This document shows positions 37,575 through 50,498 of a stretch of 64,000 nucleotides of DNA, piece by piece (positions within the stretch are counted from its first letter, which is position 1; each line of letters begins with the position of its first letter). The translations under genes were made by a program, and so were the position numbers. A model generated the notes under the pieces. The model was given only the letters and a program-made list of their open reading frames with translations, did not search any database and was not told the DNA's origin. The DNA comes from Curvularia clavata (taxonomy: Eukaryota), in NCBI GenBank assembly GCA_023920165.1, contig CP089278.1, positions 2,108,001 through 2,172,000 on the forward strand, read 5' to 3'.

Positions 37575-39509
37575 ATGTTGGCTCGCATTACCCGCAATCG
37601 TCTCGCAGCAGCATCGAGACAAGCCTACATATGTCGGTCATGTCTAAACCGAGCTAACATAATCCAATTGGGCGGTGTGCACTCTCCCGCCACGTCCACG
37701 ACACGGTCCATTCAAACCGAGACTCAGTCACCACCATCTTCTCAAGATCGAACTTCTTTCCGAAAGCTCTTAAAAGATGCTGCAAAGCAACATAAGAAGG
37801 ACAAAGCAACAAACCCATCTTCCGTTAAGAAACCCAAAGATGCACGATTGGGAAAGTGGGAGTTAACTGTCGGCATCGAGGTACATGCTGAACTCAACAC
37901 GGCCCGGAAACTTTTCTCTGGTGCTGCCACATCTGTCAGCGAACCTCCAAACACCCATGTCGCTCTATTCGATGTCGCCTTTCCTGGAACACAGCCTCAC
38001 TTCCAAAAAGAAACTCTCTTACCCGCCTTGCGCGCCGCCATAGCTTTTCAATGCGAGATACAGCCGAAGAGCACCTTTGACCGTAAGCACTACTTCTATC
38101 AAGATCAGCCTTCGGGTTATCAAATCACGCAGTATTATGAGCCCTTCGCAAAGAATGGTAGAGTCACGCTCTACCCTCACGACTTTCCCCCTGGTGCTGC
38201 CCCGCATCCGGAACCTTTCGACATTGGCATCAAGCAGATACAAATGGAGCAGGACACCGCAAAGACCATACAGCAACCGCCCTCGACTCATCTACTTGAC
38301 TTTAATCGCGTCTCTCATCCCCTAATCGAAATTATCACTCTACCTCAAATTCATGACCCTACAGTAGCTGCCGTCGTTGTCCGCAAAATACAAAATATAC
38401 TCAAGTCTGTTAATGCGTGCACCACCGGTATGGAGCTGGGGGGCCTACGCGCAGATGTCAATGTCTCTGTTCGTCGGCGCCACGAGCATCTCTCTCAATC
38501 TGGTCATTCCTACTCCGGTATTACTGGCTTGGGCCAACGAACTGAGATCAAGAACTTGGCAAGTGTTAAGGCTGTCGAAGACGCTATTGTCGCAGAGCGT
38601 GATCGACAAATTGAATTGCTTGAAAGCGGAGGTGTTGTCCAGGGCGAGACTCGCGGGTGGACTCTTGGAAGCAAGACAACAAAACGATTGAGAGGCAAAG
38701 AGGGTGAGATTGACTACCGGTACATGCCAGACCCAGATATTGCACCTGTGATTATTGGAACAGTGAGCTTGGCCTTGGTTTTCTTTTCTGAATTACTGCT
38801 AATCTCTTCAGGACCTTATCGAGCACCTGAGAAAGACTCTACCAAAACTTCCTGATGTCAATGTGGACACTCTCGTGCACGATTACGGCCTGACTACCAA
38901 AGATGCCATTACCCTTCTTTCTTTCGATGACGGAGAACGTTTGGAGTACTACATGGATGTCGTCGCCGACTCCGTTAACCTAGCCTATGAGCACCAGGAC
39001 GATGCCTCGTTACAAGCCCTAGGCAAGATTGCAGGGAACTGGTATACTCACCCTAGCAATTCTATGTGACTTTGGACTGATTTCCATATAGGGTACTTAT
39101 GGAGCTCGGCTCTCTGTTCAAGGATGAGCCATGGGACCCCAACCGCGTTTCGTCCAAAGACCTCGCGGCAGTGATAACATTTGTGCGCCGCAAAGAGATT
39201 ACATCACCATCAGCCAAGCGTCTACTTCTGATCAAATTCGGGGGTGATGAACGTACTGTTCAGGACATTGTTCACCATGAGAATCTACTTTTGCAGCCTC
39301 TCAGTCAAGAAAAATACATCAACCTAGCAAAAGCACTCTTAGATGAAAACCCAAAGATGGTCAAGGATATCACTGAAAAAGGTCAGGCCAAGAAGTTGAT
39401 GTGGTTCGTAGGACAGATGGTGGCGCGAGCTCCAGATGGCAGTGTCGAGCCCGGAAAAGCAAAAACGGTGTTACAGGAATTGCTAGGTCTAGAAGGAAAT
39501 GAGGCATAG
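37575..39509 (+). CDS. PET112: Mitochondrial Glu-tRNA(Gln) amidotransferase subunit B, 3 exons: 37575-38762, 38812-39041, 39092-39509
   Basis: [83 protein letters not shown]. Arg-rich presequence-like N-terminus. Confidence 0.96.
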
Positions 39510-40011
39510 CTTGGCGGACGCTTTAATACAACTTGCCCCTATCACTGGCTCGTACCGGGTGTTGTATACACTTGACTGTCAACTGCAAGGGTCTGTTACT
39601 CGCCACCACCAGGGCTTGATGTTCTGCTACATCAACACTTACGACCCATGATCGCATTAAGAACAATTGATCCCTGAACCCCGAACACGACCCCTGAGAC
39701 ACACAGCAAAACTCAAGCAAAGGCGCAAATGTGTAAACTCGAGACGAGAGGTGTGATTCCAAGGCCAACACAACGTAATTCATTCGCCATCCTGTCTTTC
39801 GGCCTGAATTCTATCCGTAGCCCCGGGGTTTGCCACATTTCAGCTCACAAATCTTCAGGTTTTCCATTCTGGGCTCCCTAACATGTCCACCTAAACACTC
39901 CTATTCTATTCACCCAAGCTTTATATCTACCATTCAGATATGCCTGCTGCACAGAACACTGTATACATTCACTTCTGCGGATGTATCGTTGCTATCCGAC
40001 ACAGTAGCGAC

Positions 40012-42581
40012 ATGATCAAACACAAAATATCAGGCAGTCTATGCCGAAGCGATTTAGGCTGGAAAGGCGAATCGGCGCGACGGACGCTCGCTGCATCCCT
40101 CGGTGCGCATCTCGCGCAGAGCAGTGGAGACGTAAGTTTACAGATCCGGCATCCAGGTGATGTCAAGACGAACAAGAAGGTCCACAGGAAGAGAAAGAAT
40201 GAAAGATCTAAAAAGAAAGAGTTAAAGCGAGAACAGGAAGGGGCATGGGAGAGGAGTGACAGCATGGAACCGATAAGAGGCAGGGTTAGAGAAAGGGTAG
40301 CAAGAAACGAGAAGGAGAGCTATGCAGGATGGTATACTCTAAATAGCAATAAGATGAGGAAGAAGAAGTTGGAAGAGGCACAGGAAACTTATCTGAGCGA
40401 GCGACGTTTTACTACTGTGAGTTCGCATGCATAGTCCGGGGAGAAGAAGTCCATGGAGAGGAAGTCCCATGGCCACAATTCCAAACACCCAATTTCTAGA
40501 GAGGCGCATGCTAACTACAACACGTGTAGACGTTTGGAAATGAGGAGGCATCACTTGAAAAGGCGCTGAACGAATTCGCGGGTATCCGATACACGCCTGA
40601 GGCGATGACGTTCTCATCACACCACCTTCACAATGCGCCAGTCAAAGTATCATCGAATCCCAACTTGGAAGTCGACGATCTAATCCTTTCCGACCACACA
40701 CGCTCGACAGACGCTCTTCTCCGCAATAAACCCGAACTCAATACAAACTATGACAATGCAGGAAATCAATGTTCTCGTTCCGAACCTTACCCCTCCTCTG
40801 CACCAGCCCCCTTGCCCCAACCTCCTACCGCATCGCGATCCTGCCGACCCATAACCCCATCGAACGTGCAGCATCCAAAATTCTCCGTATGGCCTCTTGA
40901 CTGCAGTGTTCCGCCTATTATCGCGAATCAGCATCATCAATCGCCGACACTCGTTTCTTCTTCTCCTACTACTGCTCAATCTACCTTTGTATCGTCCCGA
41001 AGCCGCAGCCGAATCGGAAAGCAGGACCTATCGCATTCTTCTACGAATTATATTCAAGAACCGGAAGAGAAGAGTAGGAATAATAGGAAACATAAAAATG
41101 ACGATAATGATGATATAGTCTTTCCGCCCGACCACCCTTTCCACGGCCTCGATGCTCAGCAAAGACGAACGTACTGGGATACCCTGTCTTTGTACCACTC
41201 AAGTTTATCAAGTGCAGATCCCAAGAATTCTTCGCTTCTGGGGAGGCGCGATTGCAAGAGTGGAAAACGTCGAGTTGTTTTTTCACCTCTACAGCACGGA
41301 TTGTGTGATTTGGCGCCCTATTTGCACGGAGAAGGAGCTGCGGCAGATCTTGAGTGCGTGGTTGTCCATAGCTTGAGCCTCAACACGAGGGTTGTGCGGC
41401 ATAAGATGATGGGTCGGGTGTCAGAGGCAACGAGTAGGGCTGTGAGGTTAGTCAGGAGCGAGGGGAACCTCAGTACGGCAGTAACAGAAGATGAGGGAGA
41501 AGAGAGGAGGGGAAGGAAGAGAGGCAGTTCCAGTAGGCTTCGGGATACGTTTGCTTGCCGGCCTGGAGCATCTACTCCAGAGGTTCCTGCAAGAACTATC
41601 GAAAATGGGATACAGCCCGTTGACGTGGCTGCCGTGCCGAGGAAATATGGCATGACGTATCTAGCCAGGAAAATGCGAAACACTCCTCGTTTGTATAAAA
41701 GATCAAAAGATGAGCCGAAGAGGGTTCATGAAGAGAGTCAAGATGCAAGAGAAGCAGCACGTCGACAGAATACGTGGCGTGATATCAGCGGTCGTAGAAA
41801 GAGCGGAGAACAAGAGCTCGAGATTCCCAGCACAGAGCCCAGAAAAGACGACTCTACGAACGAAACTGATCAGGTTACGAATTCCCCAGTCCAGCTCCCA
41901 AAAGAAATCGACCAAACGGCGGAGAGCACACCATCCACATCTCCTACCACATCTATGTTTCCCTCATCAGCGCCAGCTCACATCAGCACCTTGCCTCGCG
42001 CCCTCTCTCAATCCCCATCCGCCGCTCCAGGGATCCCACGAATGAGAGCAACATCGCAGCCTCCCCAGTCCCAGCAAAGACGCTGCGTCTCCTCCGGGTC
42101 CCAATCCCTCAGCGACCGCTTGCGCACAACCCGCCTCGAAGACCTTCGCCTCCGCTCCGAAACAGCCCAGGAGATACGCAATCTGATGCTCGATATTGAC
42201 CGAGATCGGAGACAGAGTTTGTCCAGTACTACTACTGCTACTATGCAGCGGCATAGCCTAAGCACAGTGAATCACTCTGAGCTTCCCGGCGGCTTTATAA
42301 CTACCGACCCTGTAAGCCTCTCTCTCTGTCTTGCATACTACAAGACCGACTAACCCGATCCCCCCTCGAAGAAACCCCAAAATTCATCCTCCCAACCCAC
42401 ACCATCCCTTCACGACACAATAGAACGGCATCTGCAATTACGACGCGATTCCAACATCAACGATAACGATGACCATGATCCAACTACACTACAGTACTAC
42501 CAAGACCAAAAGCCCGTCCGCTTACAGCCAAGCCACTCGACGCTGCCGAGAAGCTACAAGGCGCCGGATGTGCATGAGTGA
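40012..42581 (+). CDS. Hypothetical Ser/Arg/Pro-rich low-complexity protein, about 800 aa, 3 exons: 40012-40416, 40530-42311, 42372-42581 (alternative start 39940)
   Basis: Two ORF-track ORFs are joined in frame by GTGAGT..CTAAC..TAG. A second intron GTAAGC..CTAAC..AAG opens a stop-free 69-codon terminal exon. No recognised domain. Confidence 0.65.
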
Positions 42582-43415
42582 TTTTCCGGGATGAGACGGC
42601 GGAGAGGAACTCTATACAATAGAAAGAACGAAACGAGAAGATGACTACAACTATGCCTTCCAGCCTCTATCCAATCGTACAAGAATCACTATCTTGTACA
42701 GAAATATGCAGCGAGAAAGAAGGTAATCCTGAAGCAGGATGGATATTACCCACCATGTTACAGATCCTACGAGACCTTCCTCTTGGGCTAGTCTCTTCAT
42801 ACCTTAATGGGTGGGCTGGCTGTGTATCGCTCATCCAAGTCAAGACAGCAAAAGTGGCAATACACTAAGCAAGAGTACGCATGCACGAAAAAGACTATGG
42901 TGGACGTTGTAACTGATGATCTCATAATGTATTGATGATATTCGCCTGAGCCACGCACGTGAAATGCTATTCTTCATAAACTATGCTGTACGTTTGAAGA
43001 CCGCTACTGATTCGGCACATTTGAATGCTGTGAGAATAGTCCATACAAAAGGCATTGGATCAAAGTCGTACAAACATAATGTACCTCACTGGTAACGAGG
43101 CCTTTGGCATGGCCAACGGAGAGCAAGATTTCACCACCTGTTGTCAGTAAAGCATCACTTCAGCTCGACATCACAACATCACTTCATGCAAAAACTGACG
43201 ACACACGCCCCAAGTACGTACAACACTCGCAGACCCCTTCACGAGGCTGCTGGGTATCCAAGGTTGATTCAGGAATGGTCATATTATCTATGAAACATTC
43301 CTCAGCCACCACGCTGAATGCGAGTCTACACAGGCCTGTAGGCACTGTGGACCCTAAGACCCTATCCTTTTGTGTGATCCGAGACGCCATTTCATGTACA
43401 TCGTGCTGTAACTGC

Positions 43416-44139
<724 letters not shown>

Positions 44140-44215
44140 GTTGACTGTCGCTGTTTGGTTAGTTGCGAGAGACTGAAAGTTCGATCGCTGCGGCTGTTTT
44201 GTCCCAGTGGGCAGA

Positions 44216-44271
44216 AGCCCTAAGCGAGAGTGCGCTAACGTCGGCGTCGTGGTTTCTCCGAAGGTCACGTG
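44216..44271. promoter_or_regulatory. Putative Tbf1-type (AGCCCTAA) and Cbf1-type (TCACGTG) sites in the ribosomal protein promoter
   Basis: AGCCCTAA at 44216-44223 and TCACGTG at 44265-44271, 77-132 nt upstream of the RPL28 ATG. Confidence 0.55.
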
Positions 44272-44452
44272 GCTGGTGCTCAAGAGGCCCTGCGGAACAA
44301 CGAAGCATGAACAACACATATATTCAGCGCTAAAATGGTGAAGGGAAAATGATCCACACTTTATTAAAACATGTCCCTATATCGTCATGACCATATGCGC
44401 CACGCTACCGCTCTCGCTATGCAATACACACTATCAACGTCCAATGCCACTT

Positions 44453-47400
44453 TTAGCCCCAGTACGGTGTACGTAGCCCGACAAAAGTTGACCCTACATC
44501 GTTCACGTCATCCTTCTTAGGACGTTGCCCTGCGAGCTGCGCTTGAGTTAGCAAGCTTGTCAGCCAGGTTTACTGCAAGATCAAAGTACCTCTAATTGTA
44601 TGTGCCTGTGAACGTGCACAAGCCAATCGACATAGCTTTGTGCCTCGTTATTCCGATCCTCGTAAAGCAGCCTAGCGAACTCATATTCTGATCCATCGAG
44701 ACCCTGCCGCGCAAGCTGAATAGTGAGCGCCTTGGAGCCGCGCGTGGTGGCTAGGTACTGGAGGATATTCCGTACTTGCGCGTTGAGGTGTGTTTCGAGG
44801 ACAGGGAGTGTAGACTGGAATGGATCCAGTGCTTTGAGACTGTTGTTACCCTCACCAAAGAGGTCCTCAAGCAGGTTGGGTGAGACGTGTGCGTGCAACC
44901 ACAGCAGGCAAATTTGGCCATTGTCAACAATGTATGCGCCGCCTTCCTCGACCTTGGAGAAGGAGGCTCGCGTACACTCTGGCATGACGAGATGGCCCTT
45001 GTCGTTCGCAAATCCGTCGCCTGCATCGAGGTTGTGGATCGCAATGATTCGCGGGTAAAGGTATAGCGACAATTCCAGCGGCCCCATGGACTTGATCATG
45101 CGCATATCGTGAACCCTCCTGTCCGTTGGCTCCTTTCCTCCCTTAAAGGCGCGTGACTTGATCAATCCAAGAATGTACATGCTAAATTCCTTAAGGTTTT
45201 CCGGCAGTACGAGTTGTCCAGGAGGGTTGTTGCCCGAAAAGTTCTTTCTGTACCCGGCAAGTATGTCGACAGTCTTCTCTGTCAAAGCTCCCCTGATTTC
45301 CTTCAGATTCTTCTCAGTCATACGAGCAGCAGCCTCCTTAGCGATAATGTTGACCACCGCATCCTGGTCGACGAACTTCATGCACTCGCCGGTGTTCTGG
45401 CTCACACTGGCTACAATGTTGGTACACCGCACTCGCCGCTCACCGTTAGCAGCTGTGTATAAAAGTGCACTCTGGAAGTGAGCATCGAGCTTAGGATCCA
45501 ACTTCCCGTCGTAGCTAAACATGACGCCGATAGCCTTATCAGCGTCTATGACTCCAAACTCTAAGTCAGCTCCAAAGGTGTGGTGGTAGAAGTTGCCATG
45601 GTAGGCAGAGACCTGTAGACCAGTCGAGCATCGAACCTTCATCAGCGCTTGATAACCGGTTTCTCGAGTGACTGTGTGCTGAATTTCTCTGGAAAGTCTG
45701 AGTAGATCTCGGGGTGAAGTGAAGTTTGGATAGTAGAAGATCTCCCCGCCTGTTATGGCAGAAACATGGCCTGGAAAGGAATATTAGCAAAGTTATCGAG
45801 CTTATAATGATCGTACTTACCGATAGTCGCAATGTCAAGGTAGCCCCCACTGGGCGCTGCGAGGAAAAAGTCGACGCCAATGCCATTTTGCACCATCTTC
45901 TCAGCCACTTTTCTGAAACCCGGATGTTCTGTTTGGAAAAGCTTTTTCTCGGCGTCGGTGTTATGTTGGTTGCCATCATCGCGGAGTATCAGCCGACCAG
46001 GACCCCAGGTAGGAAGCGCAGCCAAGCAGCAAACTATTTTTCCACCCGTCGCCATCAGTGCCTGTACAGCAGAGTTCAAAGTGGGAAGCAGAGCCGGCTC
46101 GGGATGCTTGATTTCGGAGAACATGTTTGGTAAATTTGTAAGAAGCGAGGTGATGACACCCTTGGACTCAACGGGGTCGACGAACAAGCCTTCACTGAAT
46201 GGCAGGAATGGATCCTCGAGATCAGACATGACCAGCATCTGAGCATTTGTCAAGTTAGGGTGGAGATTGTAGAAGTGCATCTCTTTGTCGAACGTCACGA
46301 TGCCGACCTTGGCACCCTTCGGTATTCTGCAGGTGGCTTCGGTCTCTTCCGTTTCGCCTCTTGATTCGCCATATAAAGCGCTCAAGATTCCTTCGCAAAA
46401 ACCGTGCAAGAATCCACGATTCACAGCCTCAGCGGTAACATCAACCAAAAACAACCACCGCAATCCAACAGGTTCCTTAGACCAGTATTCCTTCGGGACC
46501 ATAAAGTCGACAGTACCTAATGTAAGTTCAGGTCGTTGCAATCGGTCTATCCGTACGCCAGTGTGGTCCGTAGGAGCAAAGTACTCTCCAGGGACATCGT
46601 TGGGGTAGGTGCACAAGTTGCACACAAACTTGTTACCACCGGCCTTGAACTGCATGAAGGGGTTCATGTACGCTCGACATCTTGTGCATCGTGGTGGTCC
46701 CGTCTCGCCAAAGTCTAGTACCGGTATAGGTTGTTCGCCTTCTTGCTGAGGAGCCAGCGGTTGCAAAATCATGCCTAGTGGTAGAGAAGTCGCAGCAAGC
46801 GCCTGTGCAGTGAGTGGAATGCTATTCAGCGTCAAACGTGCAAACTTGGGCGAAGAGTTTCCTTGATCAAAAGCCACAAAAGGTACTGTAGCTGGAGGGG
46901 GAAGATGGTGCTCCATAGTAGGGTATACATGCTCCAGATAGTATTTGGCTGGCGCATCCCGCGACTTGGGTACACTGGGTATCTGTTCGGGATCCACCCG
47001 CCCCTGTGCCGATCCGACAGCCGCTCCTCCTGGTTGGTGTGGCGATGCTGTTGTCCTCGCAGCAAATTGCATTGTCGAAGCCTGAGCTCCCGGACTGAAG
47101 ATTGGGTTCACTGGCGCTGGGAACTGGCTCATGGCGGGGGTGACCTGAGGCTCCATCCATTGCGGTCCGCCAACTTGTGGGGAATTGGGATTGCTGAACT
47201 GCGCAGGCGATCCATTCTGGGGCATGCCATTAAATGCCTGCGAGCTTCCTCCAGGGCCCTCAAGGTTGTGGTAGGCATGTCTGTCCTTCTTCTTATGCCT
47301 TGGTTGTGCCGCCACTTGATCCCCGCCCAGGCCAACCGCTCCCATCTGCCCCGCTAAGTTGTTGACATCCTCCGCACCCTGATACTGATTGTAGGCATGC

Positions 47401-47633
47401 GGCGCCCCCTGTTGTGGGAAGTAGGATTCCTGCTGTACTGGTGTGCCGTACTGCGCGGGCGCGCCTGCGTATTGATTTGGTGCTTGAGCCATGGCGGGAT
47501 TTCCGGTCTGCTGGTAGCCAGCAGGACTCGCAGCGACTGGTGGCCGCCATTGGTTGCTTTCATCTTGTATGCCCACCTCGTTCGGGCTGGGGGAGCTTGC
47601 ACCTGGCGTCTGGTGCATGTGGAATTCGGACAT
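44453..47633 (-). CDS. SEC24: COPII cargo adaptor of the Sec24 family (Sfb3/Lst1/SEC24C-D type), 3 exons (introns 45820-45771, 44589-44537)
   Basis: Pro/Gln-rich N-terminus, DQGNSSPKFARLT, zinc finger RCTRCRAYMNPF...CNLC, RPELTLGTVDF, trunk FLVDVT, MKVRCSTGL, QSALLYTAANGERRVR, LYLYPR, gelsolin-like repeat. Confidence 0.93.
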
Positions 47634-48250
47634 GGTCGCGACGGCGCGGGGGCAGATGCGCTTGAGTTAACAGGTGGGATCGTTCGAGGCGGATTAAGTG
47701 TATGGCCAAGAGGCAGCAGGACACAAGGCGCTATCGGCGATATATCACGGGGCGAGCATTTCTGGAGTGAATTCGGTGCGGGCGAAGGGACAGATATCTA
47801 AAGACCAAGGGTGATGATCTGTCTATTTTCTAGACCTATGCTTTCCATACAGCTACGTCCGTGCACGCTCCTCACATGCAAGAACGAAACATACAAAGTC
47901 GCGTGATATCAATACTGTTTACTCAAGTAGAACTACTGCGGGCGAAGCGGCATCAATTTTTCTGGTAGAACAACTTGATAGTATTCTATGTGTATGCGGG
48001 AACCTTCCAGGTACCGAGCAGATAACGTTTACCAACCGGCATCATTCCATTCCACTGTGTCACGCTTCAATATCCGCACAAGGAAGACCAAGTAGATTGT
48101 GTTCTTGTACCTTGGCTTATGGATCCTCGGCACCTGTCAATGCCAGCGCTCTTTTTCATGACCCTATCTGGCTTTCCGGGACTCCGGCTTGGGTAGCCAT
48201 TATAGTCTTCTTTGAAATATAGAAATATCAATTTCCTCACGCCTTGTCTC

Positions 48251-49059
48251 TTATTCCAGCTTGTCCAGATGGGCCAATCGTGTCAACACAACCTGTTTGC
48301 TCGTCTCTTCAATCTCACCTGCAAGGAACACCTCGTCAAGGATCGCATAGACCTGTGTTATCCGTCAGTTCTCTGATTCTCAGTCATTTAATTGACATCG
48401 CTCTCCCTTCCTTGACCGACGTTTCCCTATATCATCTCTCCGCAGCTTTCCGAACAAACGTACCTTGTAGAAGTTGAACACCAAGTCCAGCTCACACACG
48501 TTGCCAAAGAACGCATCCAGAACTTCGACAAAGAAATGTATAGCCTCTAGGTATGCCAGTTCATTGTCATTTGTATCGACGCACGCGCAGAAGAAGAGAC
48601 CGGCATATCGACGGTATACGATCTTGGACATATTGCGGAACTCGACGAAGTTGGACTGGTGTTTTTGGTCTCTCGGCGCAATGAGGCGATGCACCTATCA
48701 TATCTGTGAGTTACATGTGTAATCTTTCCGCCGATATGGTTGGTATTCGAGGGGGTTCGTCAAGTCAAGTCTCGGTTTACGAAGCGGTCGAGGAAAAGGG
48801 AGCGAAATAGCAGAGATAAGAACAAGGGGGTTTGCGTACCTCGCCTTTTAACTTGACTTTTTCATCATCCTGAAAACTAGTCAGCGAAGAGTTCCATCTC
48901 TACTACCGGTTCATGATTCAACTTACACTATACGGCGCATACCACTTGGCTAACCGCGTCTTTCCCCTGCGCAACACGGCATGTTAACACCAGACAAGCC
49001 ACCCGTGGCATAACGCAGACGTACTGTCGGTTCTGAATGAGGATGAATGAGAGCACCAT
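48251..49059 (-). CDS. APS2: AP-2 adaptor complex sigma subunit, 5 exons
   Basis: [55 protein letters not shown]...YRRYAGLFF...[36 protein letters not shown]. Confidence 0.95.
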
Positions 49060-49379
49060 ATTCGCAATGTGCCTCGTGTAATAGGCTCGGCGCGCTGCAA
49101 GAGGTGTGACAGGGACCGCGGTCCAGAGGAATCAAGGCTCCGTGAAAGGTACATGGCTCGTGCGCTGAATGGATCCCTGCAGCGCCCAGTCGGCGGGCGG
49201 AAGTCCACTTTTAGCCGCAGGTATCACCTGGTGGAGTGGAATTTGGTTCCCACTCTGCGGTCTCCGGATGACAACCTCAGGGATAAAACTGCATCGGGTA
49301 GAATTTGAGTTTAATCTATATACATTATTGGCTTTATCACAAAGTATCTACTGAACTACTTGAACAAAGGCTAAGCTTT

Positions 49380-50498
49380 TCATACGAAGCAAGCCTGTCT
49401 AGTATACATTCTTGTTAACGGAGGCCAATCTTTCAACGCCTCTGAAGCACTTAGGGTGACCTTCGGCTCCAAATTCGATACAAAAATTTCTTTCCTCTGT
49501 TTCGTTTTCTCGCTATGGTGCGCTATGGAAGAAAAACTTCCCCGGCGGTACCTCCTCCTGCTAAGCAAAGGTTTGAGCGACCCTCCAACCGTCGAAGGAG
49601 TAGCGCTATTCGGTAGCTGCGATGCGTTCGAGTCACTTGAGATGCGTGAGTCTGTCGTGGCTATCGTTGTATCGTTTTTGCTGTTCTGTGGCGGTGATTG
49701 CATGTTAACATCCCTGCCTGTTGCCGTATCTTCTTCTGTGATAGCGGAAAGCGGCGACGAACCACGTCTACTGCTATTTTTTCTCTTCTCGGCTGTTACT
49801 AACAGAGCAGTCCAGAAGCTCAAGTTCCCGTTCTTATTTGATTTCTTGATATCCCCGCGGTCGTCTGGTTGGAGAATACGTTCCGAAGTTGCTTCGACCG
49901 ATTGATCAACTGTGGGTATGGTGCTGATCTCAGAAACAGGGAAACAGGTCTCAACAGGCGTGTGGATGCCGAATTTCTTGCCCCATCTACACTCAGACGG
50001 ATAATCGCACAGGTTCCAGCAGTCTTTCTTTTTTTGCTGCAAAACTTCGCCTTCAACCAGAGGATCCTTACGCGAGGCAGCTTTGTCCCTAGGAGCACCT
50101 CTCTGCCATCTGCTCCATTCTTTCCAACCAGAGTAGTCAAATTCACTACTGCAGGCGCCGCGTTTTCGTGTACGCCGCGTATTGGTTGGTTTCCGCCATG
50201 CCTTGATAGTGGTTGAGCCGCTGCAGTAATAGTGTCCGTCTTCTAGGCAACGTCTTGTGATGCCCAAGCCGTAAATACTACGGCATTGGTGACAAGTCCA
50301 TGTCCATTTCAAAGGATTTAGAGGCGCATCTACATCCGTTTTTGAAGTTTCTGTCGAGTTTTGTTGTTTCGTGTACTGAGATTGATATCGGTTTGGTACT
50401 GCTGGGGTGAAGGGTGAACGTGGTGAAAAGGGCGATGGTGGAATGGATAAGCGTGAAGGCTTGAAGGGCACCGGGGATATTCTCAAAAAATCCTGCAT
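49380..50498 (-). CDS. Uncharacterised fungal protein with Cys/His clusters (putative Zn-binding)
   Basis: Intronless 372-aa ORF containing WTCHQC...RRCLEDGHYYC, CSSEFDY and DCWNLCDYPSECRW, with an SP/TP-rich N-terminus. Confidence 0.75.
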   Translation of the reverse strand: MQDFLRISPVPFKPSRLSIPPSPFSPRSPFTPAVPNRYQSQYTKQQNSTETSKTDVDAPLNPLKWTWTCHQCRSIYGLGITRRCLEDGHYYCSGSTTIKAWRKPTNTRRTRKRGACSSEFDYSGWKEWSRWQRGAPRDKAASRKDPLVEGEVLQQKKKDCWNLCDYPSECRWGKKFGIHTPVETCFPVSEISTIPTVDQSVEATSERILQPDDRGDIKKSNKNGNLSFWTALLVTAEKRKNSSRRGSSPLSAITEEDTATGRDVNMQSPPQNSKNDTTIATTDSRISSDSNASQLPNSATPSTVGGSLKPLLSRRRYRRGSFSSIAHHSEKTKQRKEIFVSNLEPKVTLSASEALKDWPPLTRMYTRQACFV

